Shown in pieces: positions 38,701-52,707 of a stretch of DNA of 64,000 nucleotides. Source of the DNA: Balanoglossus misakiensis (Eukaryota; Animalia; Hemichordata). The stretch covers positions 11,660,276 through 11,724,275 of the forward strand of contig CM082594.2 in assembly GCA_040954595.2 (NCBI GenBank), in the 5' to 3' direction. The notes under the pieces were generated by a model, which saw only the letters and a list, made by a program, of their open reading frames with translations, had not been told where the DNA came from and did not search any database. Made by a program: the position numbers and the translations under genes. Numbering within the stretch: position 1 is the stretch's first letter; each line of letters starts with the position of its first letter.

Positions 38701-41700
38701 TGACACATCTTAAGTTCATACATTATTTATTAATCAGGTGTTATTTTTATATATTCCTGCCAAGTCAGTGAAATTGAAATAGAAATCTATTTCCTTTGTC
38801 TATTGTACAAATCATCTATGCTCCCATAGCCACAATAATTCCATAAAATAGCAGCTTTTCAATAAATAATAATAATTTTGAAATTGTGTATGTTTCTTCA
38901 GTGACACATGGAAGTAAGGGATATATTTCATTAGAAAATATTCTGAAAAGGAAATGTATTCAGAATTTGATATTTTAGGTATAATATGATATTACGAAAC
39001 CTTTTCCCGTATAGAATGGAAGAAAGGTAATGTGAATGATGTGAGCTGATACTGTAACTCTCAAAATTGGTGCAATGTGTGTAGAAAAGTATAGCATAAT
39101 GAAAATGTAACATTTGTTTATAATTGTGTCAGTTTGCTTAAATAAGCATTAGTGTGTTGTAAAGTGAGACCCATTATTGATTAGACTGTTCTCTGAAACC
39201 ATGGCCAATTAACATGTTATCTAATAAGCTAGGTGTTTTCAGATACTGGTGGCGTAGAGAATTATATTAAAAACCCCACCATAATGGAAATATTTAGTTC
39301 CAGTGGAGGAGTACCGATAATTTCAAACAGTAAAGTAGATTCGGTAAAGTGCAAACGATCAAATTAGATTCCAGATGCACCGAGATGCTATCAAATGAAA
39401 AATTCCATTAACAGAATTATGTTTGATAATGGAATGCATATTAGAGTGCTTTGAGTGCCTTGTATTGAACTGAATTTACATTGCAGTTTATTTTGAATAT
39501 GCAAAATAAAAAATAATGGGAATAAATAGAGCATATATTAATTATTGTAGGATGTTTGGAAATGAAAAAGTGTGAAGGTGTATAACAATTGCATTATATG
39601 GGCAGACGCAGTGTAGAATACCCACACGATGCCGTGTGTGACCTCAATTTTTATATTCTCTATACTGTAACAAATTAGGGCAGCAAATATATTATGGTTA
39701 TCTATAGAAAGTACTGAGTCAAGCATGCACACTAGACTTTGTACAGGTATACTTATCCCCAGTACACATCTACATATACCGGTACATGCCCCTGTATAAT
39801 TGGCCAAAGGATATAACGCTACAGACCAATTACACGTTCATGTATAAAGCTATTATGACATGCACTTTGCAGAATAGTTGGCAATTCAGCAGTGTGTAAA
39901 AACAATGGTAGATTGATACACAGAACACAAATGCTGAAAGTTACAGCTGGCGTTTTGTGAATTCATTGCATGCGTGGTTTGTATGTAGTATAAATGGCTA
40001 TTCATAGATATTGGTGGGGTAAATTAAGGTGCATTTCATTTGCTAACTGGCTGCTTTTTTCTGTCTCTTCTTTCTCTCACTATCAGCCTTTCCGAAATCA
40101 TCTGATGTATCTAGAGCTTTAACTGAAGCCTGTATTGCTAATAATAATGGTTTCATGGGCAAAGGTGTCATTGTCAAACACATGGTGACCAAGATTCCAC
40201 CACTCGGTTTCAACACCATCTCTTCAAAACCCAGAATTCCGGAATCATATGCCGCATTTCCTAGTACCAGCCGGGAAGCAGGCTTTCAGGACTCGTACAC
40301 AAATATGCAATCTTACCATTCGCACACAAGTCAGCCATGTGATGAAAGCGTCACGTGTGATGATGATGATGATGAAGAGGATGATAATGATGGTTATTAT
40401 TATAATGATGACGATGGTTATTATTATGATGATGACAATTATTATTATAATGATTATGATGATGATAATGATAACTATGATGATAATTATTTCCAAGTTG
40501 ATAAAAGTACTGAGGTGACTGATGCGGACATTTCCAGACCTATGAATCTTCGACTGATGCGATATGATAGTTTGGAAGGTACACCCTGTGATACTGTTGC
40601 TGTAGCAACGCAAACAGAGTCCATCACAACAGAGGAGGGTACGCAGACAATACACAAATCAGTCAGGATCGCATCACCAAACAGCAGTGATTTAAAGAGA
40701 ACTTTAAGTAATGAACAAAACATAAAATCAGATAAAATTGCAACCAAGTATAGCAAAGTGAGTAAAAGAGACATAAGAAGGCAAAAATATACAGGAGAAA
40801 CAAACCAGAAACTGGATGTAGTCGAAACGTCTTGTGTTCGGTCTGGGCGTATTAAAGCTGATCGTGCTACAGTTTATTCAACAGCCGATGCCGTCTGCCC
40901 AGTCAAAGTTAAACAGAGTCAGAGACATAAAGTGTTGAGGCAAGATTTGCTGGGAGAAGTGGTGTATGTACAGAATAAGCCCTTGAAACCCATTTATCAA
41001 GTAGATGCGGAACACAACATCAGGAAAGGTAAGTTTTGCCATAAACAGCGACTGGAATGGTTGGTTTTAAGTTCATGTCATTGTTATTTTTATCACAGTT
41101 TACTTTGTGCAAAGGTCACGCACCTATCTGAGGGTGCAACTTCCGCTGGCTGTTACATAGTTGGATCTGACCTAAATCAAAATGAAACCAGATAATTCAT
41201 GGAAGGAAATTGTCATATTGTTGTTGAATGTATTAAGACTCTGGTACTGTCACTGTGCTCATACAGTTCTTCAATTTATCTGTTTAATTATGGTGTTCTC
41301 TTTTCCTAACTGGATTCATTTATAATATAGTTTTTGAGGATAACAAAATTATCGTTCTTATTTCTTTTGTAGGTCTGCCTTTCCTGCCTGGCCCATCCCT
41401 AGCACCACTTCACTTATCCCAGCCAATACTTCCAGCAGTGGAATCCCAGCCTCCGAGCATTGATTTCCGGGATCAGCCCTCGTTCTTTGGTTGCGAAGAT
41501 GCACCCGTAGACATTCCGCTGTCGGCCTACGAAGAAATGGAAAACAGCGTTGAGGTCGATGTGACCCAGAAGAAAGGTGAGGTGCCAGATTTTCAACCTT
41601 GAAGACAAGAAGGGGCATATATAATGCACACCATTTGTTTCCCAATAACAGTTCTGTGCACAGAAAAATGAATGTTGTGTCATGCATGTTGAGCAAATTT

Positions 41701-44700
41701 AGCCTGATGTTGTAGCTTTGTCAATCTCTCAATGTGTGTTACTGTATACATATATCTCTTTAATAGTTAGAGAGTTCATTTTACAAAGTACCTTATGTCA
41801 TGAAGATTCCATAATACCATGGCCGTGATGTGGGGTACTATGTTTAATGCTGTGTAACTTTTATTTGAATCACAGGTTTGGTTAGTGCGGTCAACGCTGC
41901 AACAGATCTCATCCTTGAACACTTTGGAAAGAGTCGACACGTTTGTGGCAAGGTAATGAGACAATGATTGTAATTATTGTGGTTAACAAAAGCCACAAGT
42001 TTCTTCTCTGTGATTGATGAGGTGTGTGCTAATTCTACCCATGCAATGACCCTTTGCCACTAAAAGTCACTTGCAGCTCAGTGTCAGACACCTTTTAGTT
42101 AGACAAGCTGTCATTGTTTGGTTGAAAGGTACCACCAAAGTTGCTTCATTGCAAGGCTAAATGTTCAATAAACTCTTTCAAAAGCATCTCCACTGTAAGT
42201 CGAATGACCTCCCGTGTGTGGTAATGATGAAGGCTTTGTGCTAAGACATGTCGTGCCTTGCAGGTGAAATGAGGGCTTTCTTTTCCATTGATCGCTTTGA
42301 TGACCTGAGATATCTAGAATCTCTGAATCCAAATTTACAATCTGGTTTTTATCAAATTTGAATGAAGAGGAGGAACTCCGGCCAAAGATAGTTACAAAAA
42401 AGAAAGAAAATGTTGGCCAATGTTGATAGGATTCAAGGACAAGCTAAAGTGTATTAAACTTTGCAATATTGCTCATCCTAAATATGTACAACAGTGACTT
42501 TGGACATGAAACGTCTGTATAAGGGATTCCTGCTTAAAAGATGAACTGTCAGTTTGTCACAACTGTTTGTGGTGTATACATATTTGTCAATTTTTCTCTT
42601 TAGATTCGACTTGGAGACAGCGACTACACTCCAGACATTGGACACATGGTCCTACGATACTTGTGTCCCGCGATAGCCGCCATCTTGTCTGATGGCATGC
42701 ATCCATACGTCAGTAATGTCATTGTTGGGAGGATGAGGACCTCCGTGTGGAACGCTGTGCAGGCAACAACCCAGTTAGGTACGTCACAATGAAATTGAAA
42801 TGTTAAAAGCTCAAAGCAGCTTTTGACATTATGTAGGGTATTTCAGTGTCATATGAAAAATTAACCACATGGATCGTATCCTAGTATATAAAGTCCTGGA
42901 AAACCAAGTCCTAGAAAAATGAAAATTACTCAATATGGAACTTAGTCTTGAATTCAGTTATAATAGCCACATGCATTTTCAATGACACAATTCCCTTTAG
43001 AGTCTAGTAGCTGAAGATCAGGCCGTTTTTCTCATCATCATAGTTTTATAAGCAGCTTTGTTATTTGTAAACAGTCAGTGAAAGAGAATTTTACTGTAAC
43101 TTTATATTTCTTTTTATCGTGGCTGTTGTTGTCATCCATCAAAAGGAAACTTTCAAAGCCTCATTCTCCCCTTGAAGCCAAAGGGCACCAGTCTTGTGTC
43201 AGGCATATACAAAGTGTGTATGGAACACAAAGTACATGGACCTTTGTCAAACACAGAAAAAAATCTAAAAAAAATAGTCTTCTATCTAAAATATTCCAAC
43301 GACTTGCTGGTAGTCTTGATAGATGTTCAACTTGACAGAGTACATCGTTACACTTGTCGCCTTTTTTAAGTTCCATAATTAGTCAACTTTCTGTTGCTTG
43401 TGTTAGATAAACACATCAGGTGTTCATAGCACACAATGTCTGCGCAAGACACAGTCCCTAGCTGCCACCTTGATAGAATGTGTGTACAATATGCATTGTT
43501 AGAAGAGAATACTGTCTGTAACTCTTCACTGATGTAAACATGTTTACCTCGTTTTGACACTTGTTGTATATGTGTGTATGTGTCTCTGTACGTTCTGCAG
43601 CCTAAAGCCATTCAACACGGTTGAACAATATTAGGTTACTAATACACACCAATAGTTTTAAAGCAATCCATTCACCACTCTAGTAGAGTGATTCAATCTC
43701 ATTATTGTCAGCAGTGAGACAAACCACTACGCAAGGAAAGCATTTAGTGTGGACAGCCAGTTTCAGAAGGAATTTGTATTTGATATTTCAGTCACATACT
43801 GCTTGGTGTGCCAACATCCTGTCAGAACACAATGCCAAACCATTGTACCCACTGCTTATTGCATTCCAATCACGACTTGGTTCACCAATAATCGTAAATC
43901 GAAGATTGTGAACATGTTTCTTTGCATGTACAGAGTGGAGAAGTGTGTGGAAGCCATCACTTGAACAGTCTACAGATTCATCACGAATAATGAAAACTTC
44001 GTAATGGAGGGTTCACAGTTTTCCTCGTTAAGTTACAGCCAAGAATGAAAAAAGCATTGCTTCAAGAAAATTGCCCATGCAAGGACACCACACTACACTT
44101 TGGGGACCAGCTTGTAAAAATGACATAAAAACCATGGAAACATTAACCTCTGTAGTGCCCTTAATAAAAAATAAAGCCACTGGAATGTAATGATATACTG
44201 TAGAGGCTGGCTAAAAGTGTCCCCAAATTCTACCATACGATATCCATCACCAGTTGATAGTCAACGGGTGTAGCAGTTGTCTGTGATACCATGTTTGAAA
44301 GCGGCCAAGCCCACTACTCCTAATTTTATGATCGAAAATGAGAAAAACAGGACAAACAGGCTTTCAACAATAAATCTACCCGCATGAGTGAGATATCATT
44401 AGAGGCAAAAATGCTTTGAGTCACAACAGGGCTGTTTATGGTGGGAACAACTTGAACTATACTGGCTTTCCCACCACCAACGGTCATTGTTGGACTGAGG
44501 TTATTCGTTAATGTACAGTCCTTGTCAGTGTTGATTGTTTGTAAAGTATGAAAAGCAATAGCTTTAAGTGGAAATACATGTACAGGTCCATTTCTGCAGG
44601 GAAGTATTTATGTGCAGGCAACCACTTTATGGAGCATTATGCCCAGATCTCTGGGGTCAATGTTTTGTGCTGGGTATGGGTGGAGGAATTTGTGCACATC

Positions 44701-46630
44701 TTTATTTATGCTTATGGTTTTGTTTGTACCATGGTTCATTTCATATGGTTTTGCCTTATGTAAGTTGCTGATTGGTTGATCGATATATGCTCACTTTTTA
44801 ACTTTAATTTGCAGGTCCTGCAACCAAACAAATGCACGAAATCTTGAGTCATGTTTCCAGCCAGAGTTTCCTGACAGATCCAGTGATGAAATTCAATGCA
44901 TTCATCTTTGGACTTCTCAAGTAAGACATTATAAGAATCACATTTAGTGATGAGAATGAAACAAGCCTTTGTCCATCTTTATAGCTGACAAAATATAGGC
45001 AACCATTCAGAAATGACTCTACAATTAAACGTAAACCAATTTGGTTTCTCAGAGTACATTGTATTTTGAATATATTGCAGACAATTTTGTGTGGAATCTC
45101 AGATACTTACTCTGTTCTTTTTCAGTTCTAAGTGTTTAGAGCTTTGGCTACAACATGTCACATCGAGAACTGGTAGGTTTGTGACTATTGTACACTGGAT
45201 TAGCCAGGGACAACAAATAGTTTTAAATGAGAGTGGTGAATAAAATTCAACAAATTGAACAAATAAAACAAGACAAAATAAAATGACAAGTGAATTTTCT
45301 ATATTGCAGCCAACTTCAATCCCTGCTATAAATCTAATCATATTACAATTAGGGGAAAGTGGGTTGGTATTTTGCACTGGGCTGATATCTGAATGAATAT
45401 GTCTTCTGTGTCGTGTTTGCTGAATTGTAGGATTATGACAAGAAAATCAGAGAAAGGTCAATACTTTAATTTCAAAATGTTGCTTTTTTTACAGACACAC
45501 TTGAGAAGCTGTACAAAGATGATTCATTCTTACGCCTCGTTGACGGTGTTCTGAAACCGCTTTTTGAGGAATTGTTGGTTGCCATCCAGCCGCTATGTGA
45601 GCTGCCGTTCAAACTGGACTGCAAATTTGAACATAACCACATTCAAGAGATGAAGGCCAGAGAGCAAGGCAAACAGAGGCTGCAAGCAGAACATGAAAAG
45701 AAGAATCACTTCTCCCCGTTCCAGCTGATGAAAAAGGTCACCCAGAAGACGTATGAGAAAGTTTCTAATCACTCGCATGGAAGATGCAAGGAAGACAGTA
45801 AATTTGAAGATGACGATGAAGAGGATTCCGGGAAGGGATGGAGCGTCAACTGGATGAAGGGTTTGATCAGTTCTGGAAGTAAACAGGAGAAGAAGGAATC
45901 TGGGAAATTGGCGGAAATCAAATCCAGGTCAAAAACGCCACCGAGAAGACTTGAACTCAATCAGACTCCAGAATCAAAGTCACAAGCAGGGTTTACAGCT
46001 GAGCAACCAAAATCACAAAGATGGAGTCTCTTTGGATCAAGGTATGAACAATCAATCATACATGGAGTTGAATGTATTCTCTAACACGGAAGGATAACAA
46101 TCATTTCTGGATCAGTGGTCTTTAAGAAGAGACACTGAAAAGATTTTATTGTGAAAAAAGTTTCTTTGCGTCTTGGAGTATGTTATTGTGAACAGGGCAG
46201 GGATTGTTTTCTGTCAAGCAGTATGGTAGAGAGGCCATCAATGCAGTGTGTGAAGGTTAACTTGTAAAGGTTCCATTAGCATTGTGAAAAAACCCAGACA
46301 GCATAAAAGGAACATGTCATCACCCAGAATAATCTTTTTCTTCTTGTATTGTACAGCATTTCAAAAGCATTGGACAGCATGATTGTGGATGGTGGGAATT
46401 CACTACTGCAGGGACGCCTCAACCCGGCTGATCCGTTCAGATTTCGTAGACGAGGGGTGAGCTCAGAGACGGCGATACCTGCTGATGTTGCAGATGAACT
46501 CATGGGACCACGACCTGACCCGACCGGCGCGTCTGACAGCAATGCCTCATCACCTGAATGGAATCTGTCAGCGATGCAGTGTGAAGCAAAGACTAGACAC
46601 AGGAAAACATCAACAAAGATTTGTTCGTAG
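35740..46630 (+). CDS. RUSC1/RUSC2 (iporin/NESCA)-like RUN-domain protein, 9 coding exons, ~1281 aa; no SH3 exon found
   Basis: Exons 35740-37213, 40087-41028, 41373-41576, 41876-41952, 42604-42778, 44815-44920, 45126-45172, 45495-46041, 46357-46630; all GT-AG and phase-consistent. The RUN region QKKGLVSAVNAATDLILEHFG...LGDSDYTPDIGHMVLRYLCPAIAAILSDG...W.AVQATTQLGP...FNAFIFGLLN...LELW...FEELLVAIQPLCELPF closely resembles the RUSC family. Linkage of the two long N-terminal exons is less certain, and small extra exons may be missed. Confidence 0.82.
40358..40490 (+). repeat. Degenerate (GAT/TAT/AAT)n trinucleotide tract encoding a D/Y/N-rich segment
   Basis: gatgatgatgatgaagaggatgataatgatggttattattat... 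lies inside the open 40087-41028 exon. Confidence 0.8.
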
Positions 46631-49434
46631 GAATTCAAGATGTCAGTACTGACGTAACGTGAACACAAAACAAGTGATTCATTTCTCTTTTGTAATATTT
46701 GTTTAGCTGCTCTTACATGTTTCAACGAAGATAAAATTCAGACAATGATGCCATTTTTTGTGGTTGCTCAGCCAAGATTGTTCATTACTTTAGAAAACCA
46801 TGAAAGCGACTGATGGTGTAATGTCAACATTCGTGCCCGGAAGCCTGTTGTGTACGTCTAAAGATCAACCAGTTGGAAAGGTCATGACAGGTGACAGGTC
46901 ATATGGGGAGAACAACACAAAGCCTTTTTTTGTTTTCAGATTAAGTCTTCAATGCAAAAATGCTGGTCTTGTCATCAGCAGTACCAAGAACCACCCCAAT
47001 AACAATTCCAAATTGGAACTGGCCCTGCTATTGAAAAACTGTGTTTATCATTGTCTGAAGGGGATATAGTGATCACAAGAATGCGCTAGAGTAAAACAAA
47101 TCAGCTAAACTTGTACACTTTTATTGAAAAGAGCAAAGTAAGATCTCTCCTGTCTGTAGTTTCTAAGCCTTCCAGGCACCCTGGCTAGTTGACTCAATGC
47201 CAAGCAGACGTTTACCACTGAGGATTGAAGGAGATATAATAGGACAGAAGATTATATGACTGCCAAACACTGAGTTTGAATATTGCATAAATGGTAAATT
47301 TCAGCACATCTAGGAAATTTTGTGTACTATTATAGTGTGGTGCAATAGTTGTAATGTGAAGCATCTTGCAATTCAAAATTTTATAATTATTATTTATCTA
47401 TATCAGATATTCATTGCACTGACATTTCACATGTAAGAGAGTGTGTGAGAGAAAATATATATATAGTATACTGACAAATTTATGGACAGATGTTTGAGAG
47501 AAATACAGACAGAAATGCATTTTGTGTGTAAGTTCTACAATATAGGAAACGTAAATTGATTTTGATGGAATTGTTAATTTCATAATTATTGAAAGATGTG
47601 TAAGTTCTCACATACATTGACAACTAATGCCTTTCACTGTCTGATGAGGTAATTTATATTGCTTAAGTCTTGAAGTGTCCATGTAGGTTTTCAGTGTCAA
47701 ATTTTAAAATGAGGTTGCAATTGTATTCTGTAAGTACTGCGAGTGCTTTTTTGATCTGCACAGTTATCAATCATTTGACATACATGTACTCCACAAATGG
47801 TGAGTAGGGTGTTCTTAATGATAACAAGCTTGCATTTGGGTTTCAACTCATCTGTCGACTCTATCTTGTAAGTCATAACTCCCCATTCTAAGTCGTATGT
47901 CACTTTTTTTAGTCTTAACAGTCTGCAGTACTTGAATGTACATGTACCGGTATAATATTGGCTGCAGTGTGTCTGTTCAGAATTTAAATAATAAGCTTGG
48001 GACAACTAGTGTTTCTTATATCCCATGTGATTGGGTAAAAACCTGTTAATTCAGGCACAAAACCAATCAGAGCGTAGAATAGTCAGATAATCAATATCAA
48101 ATCTAGAGCTTGTCTGCATGTACATGAAGAATAGCAGTACATACTGACTTACCAGTAGTACTAATTCCTACAACTCAAGTTTTTATCCAGCTTTATGGTC
48201 AGTTTATACACTATATATTATGTCAAAAACAGCTAGTATTTGAGCAATATTCATGTACTGTATTTTCATGAATTTAGTACTCCTTTTCGATTTATGTACT
48301 TGATTCAAGGGTAGCTTGTAGACTTCTCCAAGAGATAATAATTTCAAAGTGTGTCCAGAAGTCCAATATTTTGTTTTCTGTAAAAAAAGTTTAATTTCAT
48401 TGAACTGAATTGCATCAATTCTTTTGCTCGATCAGAATGGCACAATATATATAAACAGCAGAATATATGTTTTATTTACAATAGTGCATATTTTTTTTGC
48501 CGCTCTGCACTGAGATGTATATTATTTTGTTACTTACTTTGCTTTGTTAAAGTAATGCATCATTTACATTATGTATTTTATTTACCAGTGTAATTTATAG
48601 AGTTGTAAACTCAATCGTAATTGCTTCAACCCCAGAAATCCTGGAATCTTAAAGGCCTGTGATTCTATTCTGGGCAATGGAGTATTTTAAGCACAACGAC
48701 AACATGTACAGTTACTAAGTAGCCTGCTAGCCTGTCATGCCAATTGTATTGCTAATGTTAAACTTTAAAAAAAAACACCTTTGTGTCTCACATTTCAGAG
48801 CAATGTCCAATACAGTGTGTTTCATGTATTTATGTGACAATAGATTCTAATTTATGCATGTATAATACTGCATCCTTTTCATCAAAACGGGACATTTTCT
48901 AAGTATTTAAAATGGGTGCAGTAATATTGAAGCTAGCAATCAGTATGCTTGTCACTTAATTTTCTTGGCAACTCAAATTCATTTGGGGATCGAGCTGTTC
49001 TTCTTTATGGTTTCTGAGGACAAAAATCAAGATACATTGTATCATGAATCAGAGTGAATACACAGAGTCACCTCAAATGACCAAACATGTCAGTCGATCT
49101 GGCCACTTGTGAAATAAGTAAACAGTAGACAGATGGAATTCTGGAGGGAGGCCTGCTGAGGGGTTCTTGCATTCCATGTTAAATTTATGTGTGCTATAAA
49201 AGCACTAAGTGACAAGCATACTGTATACTGTTCCTATGAGTCATAGCAATTCACTTGGGATGGCTGTTTTCAATACTGCTTTCTAGGTTTTTCAGGCCGA
49301 GAAATGTGACTATGATCAATTTTGGATGTCTTGACTGGAAGTTTATGATTTAAATTGTCACTTGTCCAAGTGAATATGGTGATGAACTGTCATGTTTTAT
49401 ATGTGAGATTGTCATTGTGAAGACCTGTTTTGTG

Positions 49435-49440
49435 AATAAA
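49435..49440 (+). promoter_or_regulatory. Candidate polyadenylation signal ending a ~2.8-kb 3'UTR of the RUSC-like gene
   Basis: AATAAA followed by a GT-rich stretch (ttggtgtttgt) shortly before the next gene's promoter region. Confidence 0.35.
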
Positions 49441-50001
49441 ATGACATTGCCTAATCTGCCCATAATTGGTGTTTGTATTAGTTATTCACGGACACCCATA
49501 CACAAATTAGACCAAGCAATTAAACTTCTATTTATTGTATTCTTTTGTACATTTTTGGGAGGTTTTTGAAAGAACTTTATAGAAAGAAAAAGTACTACTT
49601 TTTTAGAAAATTTGTGTTTCAAGTCAGAAAATTTGTAGTGGTTTGTGCAGACATGGTCAGTCTCTAATAAAACAGAGTATTTTATGGGAAAATAAGCTAC
49701 ATCGGGTAATCTCAAATCAGCATAACATTTAATAACCTGTGAATGCTATGGACATTTGATAGTTTAACAAAAAGAAATTCACTGGTCATTCCATGAGGGC
49801 GCCCTGTGGTTTGGACTGTTTTTTTTTTTTCAAGTTTCTTCATTCAAATCCAAAATCAGTATGTCGAATTTGTTATTCTAAAATAACAAAAAAACAACTC
49901 CCATAAAGTATAGGAGATAGAGCAATAATTTATGCAAATTTCAGGACCAAAAGGATTGTAAGTTTTCGGCGTAGATGGCGCCTGTTAAGTAAACATCCAA
50001 G

Positions 50002-52707
50002 ATGGCCGACCGCGATCGTCAAGGTGGGTTGCTCACTCTTATTTTTTCCGTTTCTTAGTTACATAGGCTTTTGGTAGATAAAAGATCAGTTAGTTTCACT
50101 TCAGATAATGCCAATCCATGCACAGACCCAGTTCAAAGGAAGTATATTATATATATGCCACTGTGGCTTCCTATCGAAGCCAAACTGCAGGATGTTGACA
50201 ACCCAGATTTGTCGTCAGGAGAAGGCTGTACACTCGTGCATGACATCTGCCAGAAACCTGGTCGACGCCGAATGTTACCATGGTAACACAGGACCCATTT
50301 TCAGTTAAACACGATACATATCTCTGCCGTCAGTGTTTAAACTCCATTGCGACACTGAACAGCCGCATTACTATGTGTAATGGGGGCAATAACTGACTGG
50401 TGCCACCCCTCAGTGCTGTGGACACATGTATACTACATGTATGTCTGGTGTAGACATTGCACATAACACAATCCGATAGATTCCAATAGTCTGCGTGTAT
50501 TTGATTGCAGGCCTTCTATTATGGGCAGAAGTAAACAGGCAGTCAGGTTGGTAAAATTAGGATAGTGTTCATTATACCAAATTAACAAATAATTGCAAGA
50601 AGCTCATACCATACATGTTCCCCGCCTCCTTTGAACTGTTAGTACATTTTCTCATCATGGCATCATGTTTTTTGACTGTAATGAATATTTTAGTTTGATT
50701 ATTTGAAATATGTTATACGAAAGTTAGATTGTATTATATATCTACTTGATAAGTTTTACATGTAAGTGAAATCTATCAAGTGTATAAGTTGTTTACTCCT
50801 GCCCAGTGTACCCAAAGCAGACAGTGGACATAGCTTTGTCTGCTCTCTGAGTACTGACATTGTGGTGGATAAACTCTGAACTTTGGCGTCTCATTTTTCT
50901 AGAATCTGTAACCATGGCAACCAAAAGCTCAGTGGACACTCCCTCAGAACTCAGACCAGCCAGTGGCGAGCGTACCCAAAAAGTTGAGACGGTAGGGCTG
51001 GTTATCGACAAAGACAAACAGACTGCACTGCTCCAGCACCCAGATCACGCTGGGGAGATTTTGCACAACCTCAATGAATTGAGAGAAAGTCAGTTGTTCA
51101 CGGATGTTGTCATCTGTGCAGAAAGAGAGCGATTCCCCTGTCACCGAGCGGTTTTGGCAGCCAGCTGTCTCTACTTCAAGGCAATGTTTAAAAGTGAATT
51201 GCGTGAACGACGAGAAGACCATGTTACTTTGACAGGGATGAAATCTGCAATAGTGAAAATCTTACTGGATTACTCATACACATCCAAACTGTTGATAACG
51301 GCAGACAATGCGCAAGATTTGCTGTCAACATCACAGTTCCTGCAGTATGAAGCAGTTGTTCTTGCTTGTTGTGAGTTCCTGAAGACTCAGATTCATCCAA
51401 CAAACTGTCTTGGAATCCAGTCGTTTGCTGACACTCACAGTTGTTTTGATTTGGCTGCTGAGGCCAGAGGATTTGCTCTTGCTAACCTGGTGGATGTAGT
51501 GAAACAGGAAGAGTTTCTAGAGCTCTCCTCTGAGAGACTGATCAGTTATGTGTCGGATGATTCATTGAATGTCAACAGTGAAGAGATGGTGTATGTGGCT
51601 GTGATGCAATGGGTTCGACACGATGTGGAGAACAGATGGTCTGAATTATCAAGTGTATTGCAACATGTTCGCCTTCCATTGATCAGTCCTGGGTTCTTGA
51701 TGAACCACATTGAGAGCGATCCTCTGATCGAGCATTGCAAAGACTGTCGAAACCTTGTAGCACGGGCCAAAACCATCCAGGAACAGGTGTGGCAGGGTTC
51801 TGATGTGAGGGATTCGTCGCTGAAGCCTAGACCGTCCATGATGACAGAGGTCATGGTGGTTGTCGGAGGGATCGATGGTGTACAAAGGAAATGGGGTCGC
51901 GAGGTCACCTTCTACAACCCAATTGAGAAAAAGTGGGATGCGCTACCTGAGATACCATTCTCACAGACGGATTACAGCGTCACAGCTCTCAATGATAACA
52001 TTTATGTCACAGGTGGTTTCAAGGAAATAGACGCTGTGGATGATGTCTGGTGTTTTGAATCGGAAACCAACGTCTGGAATCGCATGACATCGATGAACCA
52101 TGCTCGGTTCAATCACGGCTCCACAGCTACAGACGGAAGAGTTTATGTCGTAGGTGGTGAAAATGATGAAGGAGACTTGCAGGACATTGAAGGTTACCTT
52201 CCCTATGATGAAAAATGGGACTGCCTCGGGTCTATATACCCAACAGAAAGCAACTTAGCAGTGACTGGGTTCCGCAGAAATCTGTTCATCGTGGGATGGT
52301 TGACGTATGAGAAGACATGTGCAATACAGTGTTACAACTTGGATACACAAGATTGCTGGGTGACCAACACAGTTGAACTGAATCGTCACTTGTTCCCAAT
52401 AATCAGTCTCAACAACCACGTCTATATCCTCGGTGGCAACAGAATCAAGGATGTGCAAGTTTATGATCCAGAGCGCGACCATGAATGGAAGGCGGCTGAT
52501 ATGATATCCAAGCGCAACCACCCAAGTGCCGCGGTAGTTGATCGTAAAATCTATGTGAGTGGCGGGGAACTGCGCCACTACTCCGACAAAGTGGAAATGT
52601 ATGACCCAGCCATCGACAGTTGGTCAGCAGCACCACCGATGCCAAAAGCATTGTGTTTCCATGGTTTTGTCAGTATTCACAAATACATTGGACCACCATA
52701 TCTTTAA
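50002..52707 (+). CDS. BTB-BACK-Kelch protein (KLHL21/KLHL24-like CUL3 adaptor), ~608 aa
   Basis: The main exon 50903-52707 encodes BTB (FTDVVI...FPCHRAVLAASCLYFKAMF), BACK (NCLGI...EEMVY.AVMQWV) and six Kelch repeats (GG...Y/W motifs). A micro first exon 50002-50023 (ATGGCCGACCGCGATCGTCAAG|gtgggt) splices in frame to the acceptor ending at 50902. The alternative start is the ATG at 50914. Confidence 0.92.
50273..50288. promoter_or_regulatory. Perfect palindromic RFX X-box TGTTACCATGGTAACA in the predicted first intron of the Kelch gene
   Basis: 16-bp palindrome matching the RFX consensus GTTRCCATGGYAAC. Confidence 0.5.

Noticed and set aside
40245-40655. Poly-Ile and poly-Met ORFs
   Set aside because: Alternative-frame and antisense readings of the GAT-type trinucleotide tract.
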